The position numbers and the translations under genes were made by a program. Positions 9,885-21,036 of a stretch of DNA of 64,000 bases are shown here, piece after piece; the stretch's first letter is position 1, and each line of letters opens with the position of its first letter. The notes below the pieces were generated by a model, which made no database searches, was not told the origin of the DNA, and saw nothing but the letters and a program-made list of their open reading frames with translations. Source of the stretch: Thermoplasmatales archaeon (lineage in GTDB: Archaea; Thermoplasmatota; Thermoplasmata; Thermoplasmatales; Thermoplasmataceae); contig DAIDBH010000017.1 of NCBI GenBank assembly GCA_027310185.1, forward strand, positions 1 to 64,000. Direction: 5' to 3'.

Positions 9885-10776
9885 TTTTTATCACCCGTAT
9901 ATATACCAGGGACATTACCACGCCTGCGAGAATGATCATTACACCTATGGTATTTGCCAGACCTATGTTAAAAACAGAGAATGCAGTATGATATTGATAT
10001 ATTGTCAGAATGTTTGTTGCATCTGAAGGACCTCCATGCGTCAGTACATAAATAAGCGTGAAAGCTCCCAGAGTCCAGAGTGTGATGAGTATTAAATCAG
10101 TTAGAATGGTCTGTTTTAACATAGGCATTATGATCCTGAAAAATCTTGAAAATGGCCCGGCTCCATCCACAACTGTTGCCTTTATAATTGACGGATTGAT
10201 GTTTTTTATTGCAGAACTGAAGATCAGTACGGAAAATCCCATTCCAAGCCAGGCGTTTGCGATGATTATCATATATAGAGCGTTGTGGAATGATAGGAAA
10301 TGAATTGGAGCTCCTCCCAGACCTGTTATGATGTAATTTGCCAGTCCCATGGGCACATAGCTTAGTGTGCTGTACCACGTAATTCCACTCACCACCTGTG
10401 GGGTTGCCCATGCCATCAGGATTGTTAATGTAACAAGGGTTCCAAATAGTTTTTTTGTTCCGTTTATCGTATAGGCAACGACAGCTCCCATAAACATCTG
10501 CCCTAAAATTGCTGAAAATACAAAAAAAACTATGGTTATAATAACAGACTGTTCAAAAACAGAGCTTGTAAAAAGTCTTTCATAATTAAATATACCAACA
10601 AAGCTGAAGTGATTAATATTTAGTAGGGATATATTGGTAAAAGAATAATAAACAGAAAGTGCAAGTGGATATATGAAAAAAATTCCCAGATACAGAAATG
10701 CTGGAATTAAAGCCAGTATGTAAAATGTAGTAGAATCTTCCCTGCTGCCTGTTGATTTATTCCCCATTTTGAACAT
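9874..10776 (-). CDS. Sugar ABC transporter permease (MalF-like)
   Basis: YYSFTN, FVGIFNY, INPSIIKATVVDGAG, LTHGGP motifs. Confidence 0.93.
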   Translation of the reverse strand: MFKMGNKSTGSREDSTTFYILALIPAFLYLGIFFIYPLALSVYYSFTNISLLNINHFSFVGIFNYERLFTSSVFEQSVIITIVFFVFSAILGQMFMGAVVAYTINGTKKLFGTLVTLTILMAWATPQVVSGITWYSTLSYVPMGLANYIITGLGGAPIHFLSFHNALYMIIIANAWLGMGFSVLIFSSAIKNINPSIIKATVVDGAGPFSRFFRIIMPMLKQTILTDLILITLWTLGAFTLIYVLTHGGPSDATNILTIYQYHTAFSVFNIGLANTIGVMIILAGVVMSLVYIRVIKIED

Positions 10777-10798
10777 GTTTTACCTCTATTAAAAAAAG

Positions 10799-12352
10799 TT
10801 AGTTTTTAGAAATTATGTAAAGATTGTTATAAAATCTTACTGTGGGTGATTGAATATTTCTGGCGGATGAATCACCTGTATGAATAACAGATGATATAAC
10901 AACTGATGGACCCACGGTTGGATGTGTTACAATCTGAACCTTTGAACTTCCGAAATCTGTTACAAGGGCTGAGTCATATGCACTGAGAGCACTGGATACA
11001 CTCTTTCCGCCTACAACAACATCACTCATGGCTGCCTGAAGAGCAGTTGAAACTGTTGGATAGGTTGAGACTGGTGGCCTGTAGCTTCCATACTTTAATG
11101 CGTTTGCGTAAAATGTATCAAGCTGTGGTGCATTAGGCATCAAATTCTTGAAGAGTGGGTTGCTTGAAGCGCTTGTAGTTGCAGGTAATCCCCCTGCCAG
11201 TGCCTGTCCAGGTAGATTTATGTTTATCTGGTTCGTTGTGTTGTCCATTGCCTGCATGAATGAATATACCAGGGACTTGTTACTAACGCCACTGTACATT
11301 GCCCATCCCCATCCACCTACCATGGAGTTGTAGTAAGGGGCCTGGCCGAACTCTGTCGGAATGTATGCAACTCCTATGTATTTCGTGAAGTTGTGTATCT
11401 CATGCGAACCTGATGCCCACTGGTAGCCATACATCCAGCTACCGTCTACAGCAATTCCTAATTTTCCTTCCTGAAGATACTGGCCTGTTGTTATGTAAGG
11501 TGTTGTACTCAAATCAACGGTTGCCAGATTATCTGTAACAAATGCAGTCTTATAGAAATTTAGTGTTGCATTTAATCCTGGATTGTTTCCATACCACTGC
11601 CCGCTGCTGAAGTTATAAAGACCCCATCCGGTTCCGTAGAGTAAGCCTTCAAATCCTGTAAAGCTTGCTGCTTCTCCTCCTCTTGTATCTGTATATATGT
11701 TCATGGGAACAAATCCATTAATTGAAGATAGATTTGACTTGAGTTCCATTGCTGTATGCAGAAGATCAGCCCAGCTCGTTGGCTGCCAGGGTGTCTTTAT
11801 GCCTGCCTTCTGGAAAAGAGACATGTTATAATAAATCAGTGTGTCAGTTACCTGAGTTGGCATGCCGTATATGGTTCCATTTATTTCCATTTGCCCAAGT
11901 GCTGATGGGAAAAATGAATTCTTTTCTGTGCTGTTTATATAGCTATTCAAGGGAGCTATCACATTTTCATGTGCATATGTTGCAGTATAGAACATGTCCT
12001 CAAGCATTACATCTGGTGCTGTGAATGCTTTTGATGTCATAAGATCCAGTTTATCATAGTACTGAGCTTCACTACTGGCATCTGAGGGGCCTACAAATTT
12101 TATTACCACATTCGGATGTGCCTGCTGCCACTTTGCGGTAGCATTATTTATGAAGTTCTCCCAGATATTTGTGCTCGAACTATAAACCGGTGCCGCCACT
12201 GTAATTGTCACCGTTTTGCTCGTTGTTGTCGGATGGTTAGTTATAATAAAATATGTTCCGACACCAGCCGCAATAAGAACGATTACCACAGCTATTGCTA
12301 TTATAGCTTTCTTGCTGCTTCCTCCTGTTTTTATATTGCCACTACTTTCCAT
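10799..12352 (-). CDS. Sugar ABC transporter substrate-binding protein
   Basis: N-terminal TM anchor after KK, APDV, IYYNMSLFQKAGI, GGWGWAM; start moved to ATG 12352. Confidence 0.92.
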   Translation of the reverse strand: MESSGNIKTGGSSKKAIIAIAVVIVLIAAGVGTYFIITNHPTTTSKTVTITVAAPVYSSSTNIWENFINNATAKWQQAHPNVVIKFVGPSDASSEAQYYDKLDLMTSKAFTAPDVMLEDMFYTATYAHENVIAPLNSYINSTEKNSFFPSALGQMEINGTIYGMPTQVTDTLIYYNMSLFQKAGIKTPWQPTSWADLLHTAMELKSNLSSINGFVPMNIYTDTRGGEAASFTGFEGLLYGTGWGLYNFSSGQWYGNNPGLNATLNFYKTAFVTDNLATVDLSTTPYITTGQYLQEGKLGIAVDGSWMYGYQWASGSHEIHNFTKYIGVAYIPTEFGQAPYYNSMVGGWGWAMYSGVSNKSLVYSFMQAMDNTTNQININLPGQALAGGLPATTSASSNPLFKNLMPNAPQLDTFYANALKYGSYRPPVSTYPTVSTALQAAMSDVVVGGKSVSSALSAYDSALVTDFGSSKVQIVTHPTVGPSVVISSVIHTGDSSARNIQSPTVRFYNNLYIISKN

Positions 12353-12891
12353 AGTATAACACATGTTTAAAATACTATATATGTGTTTTGACTGGTTTAT
12401 ATACCTAAGAATTTTCATTTTAGAATTGCCTGGAAAGACTAAATTAATGTTATTGTTAATCACTTATGATACCGCTGATAAATCTGCTGAAAATGAGGTT
12501 CATTTTCATTGTACATTTTAGGCATGCTTAGATATGCCAATGCCTCGCCCGAATTACTGTGGTGTAGAGTGGAAGGAGTTATGATAAGCAGGAAATCTGC
12601 CATTATGTTCACAAATATTCTTCTGGGAGCTGACTAGTAGCTGGCTGTTGATCGGTTACAGATTCTTTTGACGGGCTTTCTTGCACGAAAGATCGATGAA
12701 GTATGTGTTCATACATATAAGTGAGCTTTTAGGGATTTTAAAGTAGTTATAAAAATCACAGTTCTATGGATAGTGTATATGAGTTCCAAATATAAACTGC
12801 TTAGAAATAATCCATTAAAGAGACCTTTCAGCGTAATCGAATGAGAATGAAACATTAAATACACACAAACGCATTATTATAAGGTATTTCC

Positions 12892-13896
12892 ATGAGCTCT
12901 GAGCTTTTTGATGTGTTGAAGGATTTTGGACTTACAGATTACGAAGCTAGGGTTATGGAGGCATTACTCATGAACGATTCCCTCAGTCCGGGAGAAATAG
13001 TATCCATATCGGGCATACCTCAGCCAAGGGTTTACGATGTTCTTGGTAAACTCAAGGAAAAGGGCATGGTGGATGAAAGCCCTGGAAAGAAAAAGATGTA
13101 CAGGGCAAGGGACATTGAGGCATCCCTGGGCATGAGGGTGAAGGAGCTCAACAGTGGAATAGGGAGGATCAAGAAGATAGTGCAGAAGAACAGGTCCTCA
13201 AATCCCAATTCAAAGCCCTATCTCTGGCTCATGGAAACTGAAAGAGTTATCATAAACGAGATGAGGAAGAGGGTTGATAGCGCAAAGGACGAAATCATCA
13301 TATCCTGCAGCAAGACAAGGCTGATCAAGATGAGGGAAAACCTGATCAGGGCAATTTCAAGGGGCGTAACAGTAGCAATTGTCCTGTTTCCGGAGCCTGA
13401 TAAGCGGCTGCTTGATGACTTCAAGGGCGCTATAATAAAGGTAAGGAACGGAATGACCTCTGAAGTTCTTATCACAGACAGGTCGATGGCCATAATAAGC
13501 ATCGGTAAGACAATAGAAAGGAAGGACTACGCAGTTCTCAATGAAGAGGATGAGATAATTCATATCACAGGCTATTTCTTCTACCACACTATCTGGGATC
13601 CTTCCTATTATTTTTCAACGCCGGAGAACCTTTCGAAGCACAGGTTCAGAACCATGTGGCTTCTCTGTGACGCACTGAACAAAACATACAGTGTACCAGA
13701 GGGTATAAGGTGCAAACTAAGTGGATGGAGGAACGGCACAGAAATAACAATGAATGGAATGATCAACAGGATTGATATTGTGAATGGACTGAAGCATTCC
13801 ATCTATGTAACTAGAGGAAAGAAGACCTACTCCGTGGGTGGAAAGACTGCCAGGGAGGAAGACATAGCACTGAAGAGGATAGAGATACTGAGCTGA
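12892..13896 (+). CDS. trmB: TrmB-family regulator (MalR-like)
   Basis: FGLTDYEARV...GIPQPRVYDVLGKL; C-terminal SVGGKTAREEDI. Confidence 0.94.
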   Translation: MSSELFDVLKDFGLTDYEARVMEALLMNDSLSPGEIVSISGIPQPRVYDVLGKLKEKGMVDESPGKKKMYRARDIEASLGMRVKELNSGIGRIKKIVQKNRSSNPNSKPYLWLMETERVIINEMRKRVDSAKDEIIISCSKTRLIKMRENLIRAISRGVTVAIVLFPEPDKRLLDDFKGAIIKVRNGMTSEVLITDRSMAIISIGKTIERKDYAVLNEEDEIIHITGYFFYHTIWDPSYYFSTPENLSKHRFRTMWLLCDALNKTYSVPEGIRCKLSGWRNGTEITMNGMINRIDIVNGLKHSIYVTRGKKTYSVGGKTAREEDIALKRIEILS

Positions 13897-13996
13897 TTAT
13901 CCTTGAATACATAACCTGAACAAAATTTTAATGCGTGGTTGATCAATATTATCCAGAAGTGAGTGTATAATCTGCAAATGTATTTTTCAAGATAAT

Positions 13997-14011
13997 ACTA
14001 CTGTGAGTTGT
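13997..14011. promoter_or_regulatory. Candidate TrmB/MalR operator ACTACT-N3-AGTTGT
   Basis: Near-palindrome upstream of the GH31 gene at 14143; related to identical motifs at 19115 and 22596. Confidence 0.5.
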
Positions 14012-14142
14012 CTATTATATGTTATATCAATTATTATTATATTATATTTAAATATAATGAGAACAACCATTTTCACGTATTAACAGATGATTCATGATAA
14101 AGTTTTAAAAAGAATTATATCCCTTTTATGACTTAGCCCTCA

Positions 14143-16047
14143 ATGGATATAAAATGCTGGTCAAACAGCGTTTATTTTAGGTATAATGTTAACAGTAATG
14201 AACCGCTTGTATCATTCAACGGTGAAAATGAAACCTCGATGGAACAGAATCTGAAGGATTTTGGCATTGAAATAAGGGAAAATCCTGAAGAACTTCTTCT
14301 TCTGATCCCATTGCCACTCAATGCCCATATACTTGGACTGGGAGAAAGAGCAGTGGGCATGGACAGGAAGAGGAAGAGGTTGATATCAAAGAACAGGGAC
14401 CCTGGTGGATATGGAAGAAATAATGATCCGCTGTACATTTCAATCCCTTTCTATTACCAGGTTGTTGATGGAAAATCAATGGGTGTATTCATAAACTATC
14501 CTGGTGAAATCATATTTGACTTCGGTGTTGAGGTATACAACAAGACAAAGATCACCGTGAAATCAGGATCAGTTGAATTCTTCATCTTCACAGGCAATTC
14601 CCCTTCGGAAATACTGAAATCCTATTCAGGCCTGACCGGGAATACATTCATGCCACCAAAATGGGGCATTGGGCATGCAATCTCAAGATACACCTATTAT
14701 CCCTCTGATGTTGCGGTTGAGGTTGTAAAGAGATACAGGGAATTCCTTCCCGTTGAATCCATTTACCTGGATATCCACTACATGGAGAACTACAAGCTCT
14801 TCACATGGAACAACGAACGTTTTGGTGACGGCTCGGATTTCATCAAGAGGATCCATGACATGGGCGTAAAGGTTATCCCCATCGTTGATCCTTCCATAAA
14901 GGCTGAGCAGAATTACGATATTTTCAGGAGAGGCCTGGGGTCCTATGTTGAGGATATAAACAGGGACATCTACACAGACAAGATGTGGCCTGGAAAGTCT
15001 GTGTTCCCTGATTTCATAAACACCAATGGCCAGAATTTCTGGAAGGAGGAGGTCAGGTCATGGATGAAGCAGGGCGTGGACGGCATCTGGCTTGACATGA
15101 ATGAACCAACAATTCTTACGGAAGACCACATGTTCGATCCTGAATCCCTGCATAGATTGGATAATGGCAAGATGATCTCACATAAGAAAGTGAGGAATGC
15201 ATATCCATATCTCCAATCAAAGGTGACTTATGAGGCAATGGAAGACTCTGGCAAGCAGCCATTCATCCTCAGCAGGTCCGGATATTCAGGCATCCAGAAA
15301 TATGCAGCCATATGGACAGGAGATAACATGTCCACATGGGATGATGTGAAGCTGCAGATTTCCATTGTAACCAACCTTTCCATATCTGGAGTTGCAGTTG
15401 TGGGATGCGACCTTGGAGGCTTCTTCGGAAGCAGCACTCCTGAGTTGATCGCAGCATATTACAGGATGGCCCTTCTATTCCCATTATACAGGAACCACAA
15501 GTCAATGGATGGCAATGATCAGGAGGTGTTCCTGTTATCAAACAGGGCCAAGAGCGACATAGAGACAAGTGTTCACCTGAGATATGATTTCCTTGACCAG
15601 ATATACAATGTAATACATCAGTCCCACAAACTTGGGACGCCATCAGTTTCACCTGTTTCGTTCCAGGACTTCAGGGATAACGAGAGCTTCTTCATAGAGG
15701 ATGAATACTATCTGGGTGACAATATCATATATGCACCCCAGATCTATGAAAATGCCGCTGAAAGAACGGTATACCTGCCTGAAGGTAGATGGTATGACTT
15801 CGAGAAGGAGATAATGATAGATGGCAACTGCTATTTCAAGACAGAGAATAATTATCCCATATATGTGAAGGATAACTCATACTTCATCTTCAGGGGAGAG
15901 GTTGTTGTCATAGGTTCAGGCAAATTTACCTTATTCTATAATGAGAAGGAATATGAGGTCACATCTGAATCTGGAAAGGTTACTGTAACCCCGGATGGGC
16001 TGAAGGCAAAGATTATAAAGGGCAGGAAAAATACTGATCATGACTGA
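14143..16047 (+). CDS. GH31 alpha-glucosidase (paralog of 6060..7949)
   Basis: DGIWLDMNEP, WTGDN, GCDLGGF, YRNHK. Confidence 0.95.
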   Translation: MDIKCWSNSVYFRYNVNSNEPLVSFNGENETSMEQNLKDFGIEIRENPEELLLLIPLPLNAHILGLGERAVGMDRKRKRLISKNRDPGGYGRNNDPLYISIPFYYQVVDGKSMGVFINYPGEIIFDFGVEVYNKTKITVKSGSVEFFIFTGNSPSEILKSYSGLTGNTFMPPKWGIGHAISRYTYYPSDVAVEVVKRYREFLPVESIYLDIHYMENYKLFTWNNERFGDGSDFIKRIHDMGVKVIPIVDPSIKAEQNYDIFRRGLGSYVEDINRDIYTDKMWPGKSVFPDFINTNGQNFWKEEVRSWMKQGVDGIWLDMNEPTILTEDHMFDPESLHRLDNGKMISHKKVRNAYPYLQSKVTYEAMEDSGKQPFILSRSGYSGIQKYAAIWTGDNMSTWDDVKLQISIVTNLSISGVAVVGCDLGGFFGSSTPELIAAYYRMALLFPLYRNHKSMDGNDQEVFLLSNRAKSDIETSVHLRYDFLDQIYNVIHQSHKLGTPSVSPVSFQDFRDNESFFIEDEYYLGDNIIYAPQIYENAAERTVYLPEGRWYDFEKEIMIDGNCYFKTENNYPIYVKDNSYFIFRGEVVVIGSGKFTLFYNEKEYEVTSESGKVTVTPDGLKAKIIKGRKNTDHD

Positions 16048-17896
16048 ACCCATGCTGGGAAGGCAGGTTTTATTTTCAATACCCTTTGAGGAGGGTGATG
16101 AATCATGCTACCTGAAAGGAACCTTCGACTGCAATGGTGATGGAAGCATTGAACTCCTGAAGACCCATGATGGGACCAGATGGGAGAAGACTGTCAGCCT
16201 GCTGCCTGGAACCCATAAATATTTTTACTCAATAAATCAGTTTAATCTTTTCAATGAACGGAGAAAGAGAATAAGGAAGCCTGTTACTCTTGACATAAGA
16301 CAGGAGTGCTTCCTTCATGATCCTAACTCTTCCCATTTCTTTTCCAGAACGGGAGGATTCTATGTGATCAGGTGCATAACTCCTCCGGGTTTCAAGTCTG
16401 TCAAAATTGAACAGGAAGGTAACAGGAAGAGAAACAGCGATTTCTCCTACAGGTCAAAGAATTACAATCTCTTTGAATTTGTTACTAGAAGCGATGGAAA
16501 GTATTCATTCATGGATGACTGGGGAAATAAATATGGTCCATTTACTGTGCCTGGAATAGATGAACCGGTAAGACAGGCCGATGTGATATACCAGATCTTC
16601 CCTGACAGGTTCAACCGGGAAGGCAAACTTGAGGACGGTCTCACGAAATGGGGTGAAAAGCCGGAGAGAAATTCATTCTTCGGAGGGAACATTGAGGGGA
16701 TCATTGAAAAGATACCATACCTGAAGGATCTTGGAGTGAATCATCTTTATCTTACTCCTTTCTACAGGTCCAGAAGCAATCACAGGTACGATATAGATGA
16801 TTATTTTTCCATAGATGAAAGATTCGGAACCATGGATCAGCTGATCAGTTTATCCAGAAAGCTCAAAGAAAATGGAATTTCAATGATCCTGGACATGGTT
16901 TTCAATCACACGTCCATCTATTTTCCTCAGTTCGTGAGTGAACTCAAAAAGAAATTGCCACATGATCAGAGCTGGTATAAATTCATAAAAGATACAGATG
17001 AGGGGATGAGGATAAGATGGCCGGTGAAACATGGTATAACAGATGCATATTATGAATCGTTCCTTGAAAATGGAGGAATGCCAAAGCTGAATCACAGGAA
17101 TGATTCTGTGAAAGAATTCATGCTCAGGGTGATGGAATACTATTCTGGCAGGTTAAATGTGTCTTTCCTGAGATATGATGTTGCAGATTCAATAAATCTG
17201 GAGAGCATGAAAGAAATATTCGCAAAATTCATGAAAGAATTTCCAGAAGTGGGACATATTGCTGAAGTATGGTGCATTTCAGACATATTCTTCCGTGATG
17301 GACTATACACGTCATCCATGAACTACCAGTTGAGAAAGCTGATCATCTCATTGCTGAATGGAGAGATCAACACAGCAAAAATGAACAGTGAACTCCTCAA
17401 CATGCGGTTCATACTTGGTGAAGATGTATACACAAAGATGATGAATATAGCAGGTTCACATGATACACCAAGGATCAGAACCCTGCTTGATAGCGAGAAA
17501 CTGGCAATGGCTTCCTATGGAATACTCATGATGATGAACGGGATGCCCAGTATATATTATGGGGATGAGCTGTCAATGGAAGGCGGTCCAGATCCAGATT
17601 GCAGGCGAACAATGGAATGGGACAGGGTTGGAAACGAATTCTATATTAAGTTCAGGGATATAGTCAGATTACGGAAGACTAATCCGGCGACCTATAATGG
17701 AATAATCAAGTTCAGCAGGAAAAGAAATGGATTGATAGATATAATCAAGTATTCAAGTGAACAGAAAGTGGAAATGATATTCAATCCTGTTAAAAAAATG
17801 AACAAAAATGAAAAAACCGGAACCAAAATTGAAGATCCTCATAATACAGGATCATGGAGGCCTGCTCCCGGGGAATTCTCCATTCAGGTTTCCTGA
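16040..17896 (+). CDS. GH13 neopullulanase/cyclomaltodextrinase-like glycosidase
   Basis: YQIFPDRF, SNHRYD, DMVFNH, RYDVA, AEVW, GSHDT, IYYGDE, PDCRRTM. Confidence 0.93.
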   Translation: MTEPMLGRQVLFSIPFEEGDESCYLKGTFDCNGDGSIELLKTHDGTRWEKTVSLLPGTHKYFYSINQFNLFNERRKRIRKPVTLDIRQECFLHDPNSSHFFSRTGGFYVIRCITPPGFKSVKIEQEGNRKRNSDFSYRSKNYNLFEFVTRSDGKYSFMDDWGNKYGPFTVPGIDEPVRQADVIYQIFPDRFNREGKLEDGLTKWGEKPERNSFFGGNIEGIIEKIPYLKDLGVNHLYLTPFYRSRSNHRYDIDDYFSIDERFGTMDQLISLSRKLKENGISMILDMVFNHTSIYFPQFVSELKKKLPHDQSWYKFIKDTDEGMRIRWPVKHGITDAYYESFLENGGMPKLNHRNDSVKEFMLRVMEYYSGRLNVSFLRYDVADSINLESMKEIFAKFMKEFPEVGHIAEVWCISDIFFRDGLYTSSMNYQLRKLIISLLNGEINTAKMNSELLNMRFILGEDVYTKMMNIAGSHDTPRIRTLLDSEKLAMASYGILMMMNGMPSIYYGDELSMEGGPDPDCRRTMEWDRVGNEFYIKFRDIVRLRKTNPATYNGIIKFSRKRNGLIDIIKYSSEQKVEMIFNPVKKMNKNEKTGTKIEDPHNTGSWRPAPGEFSIQVS

Positions 17897-17940
17897 TAGG
17901 CGTTATACACTATTCATCCAGTGACCAGAGGTACTGTAAA

Positions 17941-19062
17941 TCAGTTAACTGCCTTTGGCACTTCCTCTTCCTGGTATTTCTTCCGTCCGTATTTATAGAT
18001 CAGGTTTCCTGTATTGGTCTCGAACAGATATATGGATTTTGGATCAATCGTTACCATTGCCCTGTCGCCAAGCACAAGCTTTGAACTCTCTATATCCTGC
18101 CTCACAATATTATCTCCATGCTGTGTCTTGAAATACTCAAATATACTCCTTCCAAGGTTCTGTATGAGGTTCAGTTCAACAGGTATTCCCTCATCACCAA
18201 GCAATACATCTTCTGGCCTCATTCCAACCATAACGTCCCTTGGTGTTTCCCTTTCTGTATGGATATCCGGCATTTCTACTGAGAAATCTTCGGTTGCCAG
18301 GTAAGTTTTTCCATCCTTTACGGTGATTTCTCCGGGTATCATGTTCATTGCAGGATCTCCGAGGAATGTTGCAGAGAACATGTTAATGGGCAGTGTGTAA
18401 AGATCGTTTGGGTTTCCCATCTGCACTATTTTACCACCGTTCATGAGGCATGCCCTATCGGCAAGCGTTGTTGCTTCAACCTGATCATGCGTCACATACA
18501 CAGTTGTTGTGTTGAATTCCCTCTGCAACCTCTTTAGTTCGACCCTCATCTGTCCCCTGAGCTTTGCATCCAGGTTGCTGAGTGGTTCATCCATGAGGAA
18601 AAGACTCGGTTCCCTGACCAGTGACCTTGCCAGTGCAACCCTCTGCTTCTGTCCTCCTGATATCTCTCCAGGCTTCCTGTCCATGAGTTCAGATATTCCA
18701 AGTGTCTTTCCAATTTCCTGCACTTTCTGCTCCATCTCGGATTTTGGCATCTTGAGTATTTTAAGCGGGAAAAGTATATTGTCCTTGACGCTCATGAATG
18801 GATAAAGTGCATAATTCTGGAAGACCATGGATATGTTCCTCAGTTTTGGTGGAAAATTTGTGATCTCCCTCTCATCAAGAAATATATGACCGCTATCCAC
18901 TGTTTCCAGGCCTGCAATCATTCTCAGTGTTGTTGTTTTTCCGCATCCGCTTGGACCCAATATAACAAAGAATTCACCTTCCTTAACTTCAAGATTTACT
19001 CCAAGAACACCAACGTTCTTCTTGAATACCCTCACAATGTCCTGTAATACAAGTTTCTCCAT
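17941..19062 (-). CDS. malK: Maltose/maltodextrin ABC ATP-binding protein
   Basis: GPSGCGKTT, ISGGQKQR, MDEPLSNLDAK; clustered with GH13/GH31. Confidence 0.92.
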   Translation of the reverse strand: MEKLVLQDIVRVFKKNVGVLGVNLEVKEGEFFVILGPSGCGKTTTLRMIAGLETVDSGHIFLDEREITNFPPKLRNISMVFQNYALYPFMSVKDNILFPLKILKMPKSEMEQKVQEIGKTLGISELMDRKPGEISGGQKQRVALARSLVREPSLFLMDEPLSNLDAKLRGQMRVELKRLQREFNTTTVYVTHDQVEATTLADRACLMNGGKIVQMGNPNDLYTLPINMFSATFLGDPAMNMIPGEITVKDGKTYLATEDFSVEMPDIHTERETPRDVMVGMRPEDVLLGDEGIPVELNLIQNLGRSIFEYFKTQHGDNIVRQDIESSKLVLGDRAMVTIDPKSIYLFETNTGNLIYKYGRKKYQEEEVPKAVN

Positions 19063-19114
19063 ACGTTATCCCTTACAGATATCATTCTACTTATATCAGT
19101 TTTTCGAAAAACAA

Positions 19115-19129
19115 ACTATTTTAAGTAGT
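19115..19129. promoter_or_regulatory. Candidate TrmB/MalR operator ACTATTTTAAGTAGT
   Basis: The same 15-mer occurs at 22596-22610; this copy is 53 bp upstream of malK. Confidence 0.6.
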
Positions 19130-19161
19130 AAAAAAAGGTGTTTTAAATTATTTATAAAAGT

Positions 19162-20079
19162 TTACTTGTACGTGGAAAGGCTGAATCCCGATACAAGATA
19201 TCTCTGGAACACGAAGAACAGTATGAATATTGGTATTCCCATGAGCACAGCGAATGCAGAATAGGTACCGTAATTTATCACTATGTCTCCCTGGGAAACA
19301 TAATACAGTCCTATGGCCATTGTATACAGGCTCTTAGATGTGATGAACTGTCCTGCCAGTGCATAATCAGTGTATGGACCCATAAATGCTATGAGCATTG
19401 CAAAGATGATCACAGGTTTCGACATGGGTACAAGTATCCTGAAAAGGGCCGATCTCCTGCTCAATCCATCAATCTGTGCAGCCTCCTCATAATCCTTAGG
19501 CAGGTTATCAACATAATTCTTTATCAGGTATGATGAATATATGAGTGCTCCTGCCGAGTATGGGATGATCAGGCCGATGTATGAATCCAGGAGGTGCAGC
19601 TGGGCGAACATGAAGTAGTACGGGATTACCATCATGGTGAATGGGAACAGTGTAAGGATCAGGAGCATGTAAAGGAATGCATGCTTGAGTGGTATATTGA
19701 ACCTTGAAAGGGCAAGGCCCGATGTTATTGATAGCAGGACTCCTATAATTGTCGAAACACCTGTCAGTATGAGCGTGTTCTTCAGCCAGAGGAAGAATGG
19801 ATGGTGGTAAAGGATGCTTATGTAATTGGCAAGACTGGAGTGTGCAGTTGGAAGAAGGTCACTCAGGCTAGCCTCAGCCAGTGAACCGATGCTGTTCAGT
19901 GATGTTATAACCACGTAATATATTGGAAAGACGGCAAAAATTGCAAAGATAATCAGAACCAGATGGGAGACTACCCTCTTTACAATCTTTATCCTCTTGT
20001 AATAATTATTCATCCTGTACACATTTTCCAGGCTGTTTTCGGCAACCGTCTTATTTTTATTTGAAAATTTGTTTTCCAT
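19162..20079 (-). CDS. malG: Maltose/maltodextrin ABC permease
   Basis: LPKDYEEAAQIDG EAA motif, FQRYLVSG C-terminus. Confidence 0.9.
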   Translation of the reverse strand: MENKFSNKNKTVAENSLENVYRMNNYYKRIKIVKRVVSHLVLIIFAIFAVFPIYYVVITSLNSIGSLAEASLSDLLPTAHSSLANYISILYHHPFFLWLKNTLILTGVSTIIGVLLSITSGLALSRFNIPLKHAFLYMLLILTLFPFTMMVIPYYFMFAQLHLLDSYIGLIIPYSAGALIYSSYLIKNYVDNLPKDYEEAAQIDGLSRRSALFRILVPMSKPVIIFAMLIAFMGPYTDYALAGQFITSKSLYTMAIGLYYVSQGDIVINYGTYSAFAVLMGIPIFILFFVFQRYLVSGFSLSTYK

Positions 20080-20088
20080 TTTTTCACC

Positions 20089-21003
20089 TCAGTCCAGTAT
20101 AGTCATCATCTTGGTGTAGTGGTTTGCCACAACCACGAAAACCAGCAGTATAACTATGGATATTACCGCGTATGCGGCACCAAGTGCGTAGTTAGAGTAT
20201 GAGAATGCCTGGAGATATGAATATGTGATCAGTATTTCTGTTGAAATTCCCGGGCCTCCACCTGTCAGCAGGAACGGTACGTAAAAGTTGTTCCATGTGA
20301 ATATAAACCCGAAGATTGTGATGAAGGCAATCTGCCTCCTCAATAAAGGCAGTGTTACTGTTGTAAGTGTTCTCAATGAACCATAGCCATTCACTTCAGC
20401 AGCCTCGTATAGCTCCTGTGGTATACTCTGCACAGCAGATGTGTAAACAAAGGTGTAATATGGGAATGATAGCCAGAAATTCACAAGGATCAGGGATATC
20501 ATTGCATATTTGGGTGAGGTCAGCCAGTCAAGAGACTTGAATCCCATTACATTGAGAAGTTCATTGGCAACACCTCCCGTATATGCAAGCATGTTTGACC
20601 ATACCAGTATGGTGATGAAAGCTGGGAATGCCCACGGAAAAAGATACATTGTCCTGTAGATGGTTTTTCCCCTCATCTTCTTCTGGTTCATGACCAGTGC
20701 CAGTGCGAATCCTGCAGGAACCATCACTGCTGTGCTACCAATGCTCCATACCAGAGTGTTTCCGATAACAGTCCAGAGATCAGAGCTTGTGAAGACATAA
20801 ATGAAATTTGCAAGACCTACATAACCATAATTGAAGAAGTGCAGGGAATTGAAATCTGTCAGGGAGTAATACACACTTTCAAAAATGGGATAGAAATCAA
20901 GGAAAACCAGGACAATTATTGCAGGTAGAATGTAAACTATGCCTCTGTACTCAACCTTCTTTTTTTTCACTTTATATTCTTCTGTTTCAACCATATAACT
21001 CAC
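20089..21003 (-). CDS. malF: Maltose/maltodextrin ABC permease
   Basis: PWAFPAFI, QSIPQELYEAAEVNG, FTWNNF, LLTGGGP. Confidence 0.9.
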   Translation of the reverse strand: MSYMVETEEYKVKKKKVEYRGIVYILPAIIVLVFLDFYPIFESVYYSLTDFNSLHFFNYGYVGLANFIYVFTSSDLWTVIGNTLVWSIGSTAVMVPAGFALALVMNQKKMRGKTIYRTMYLFPWAFPAFITILVWSNMLAYTGGVANELLNVMGFKSLDWLTSPKYAMISLILVNFWLSFPYYTFVYTSAVQSIPQELYEAAEVNGYGSLRTLTTVTLPLLRRQIAFITIFGFIFTWNNFYVPFLLTGGGPGISTEILITYSYLQAFSYSNYALGAAYAVISIVILLVFVVVANHYTKMMTILD

Positions 21004-21036
21004 TTTAAAAATTTAAAAAAAAATAGGGTATTAAGA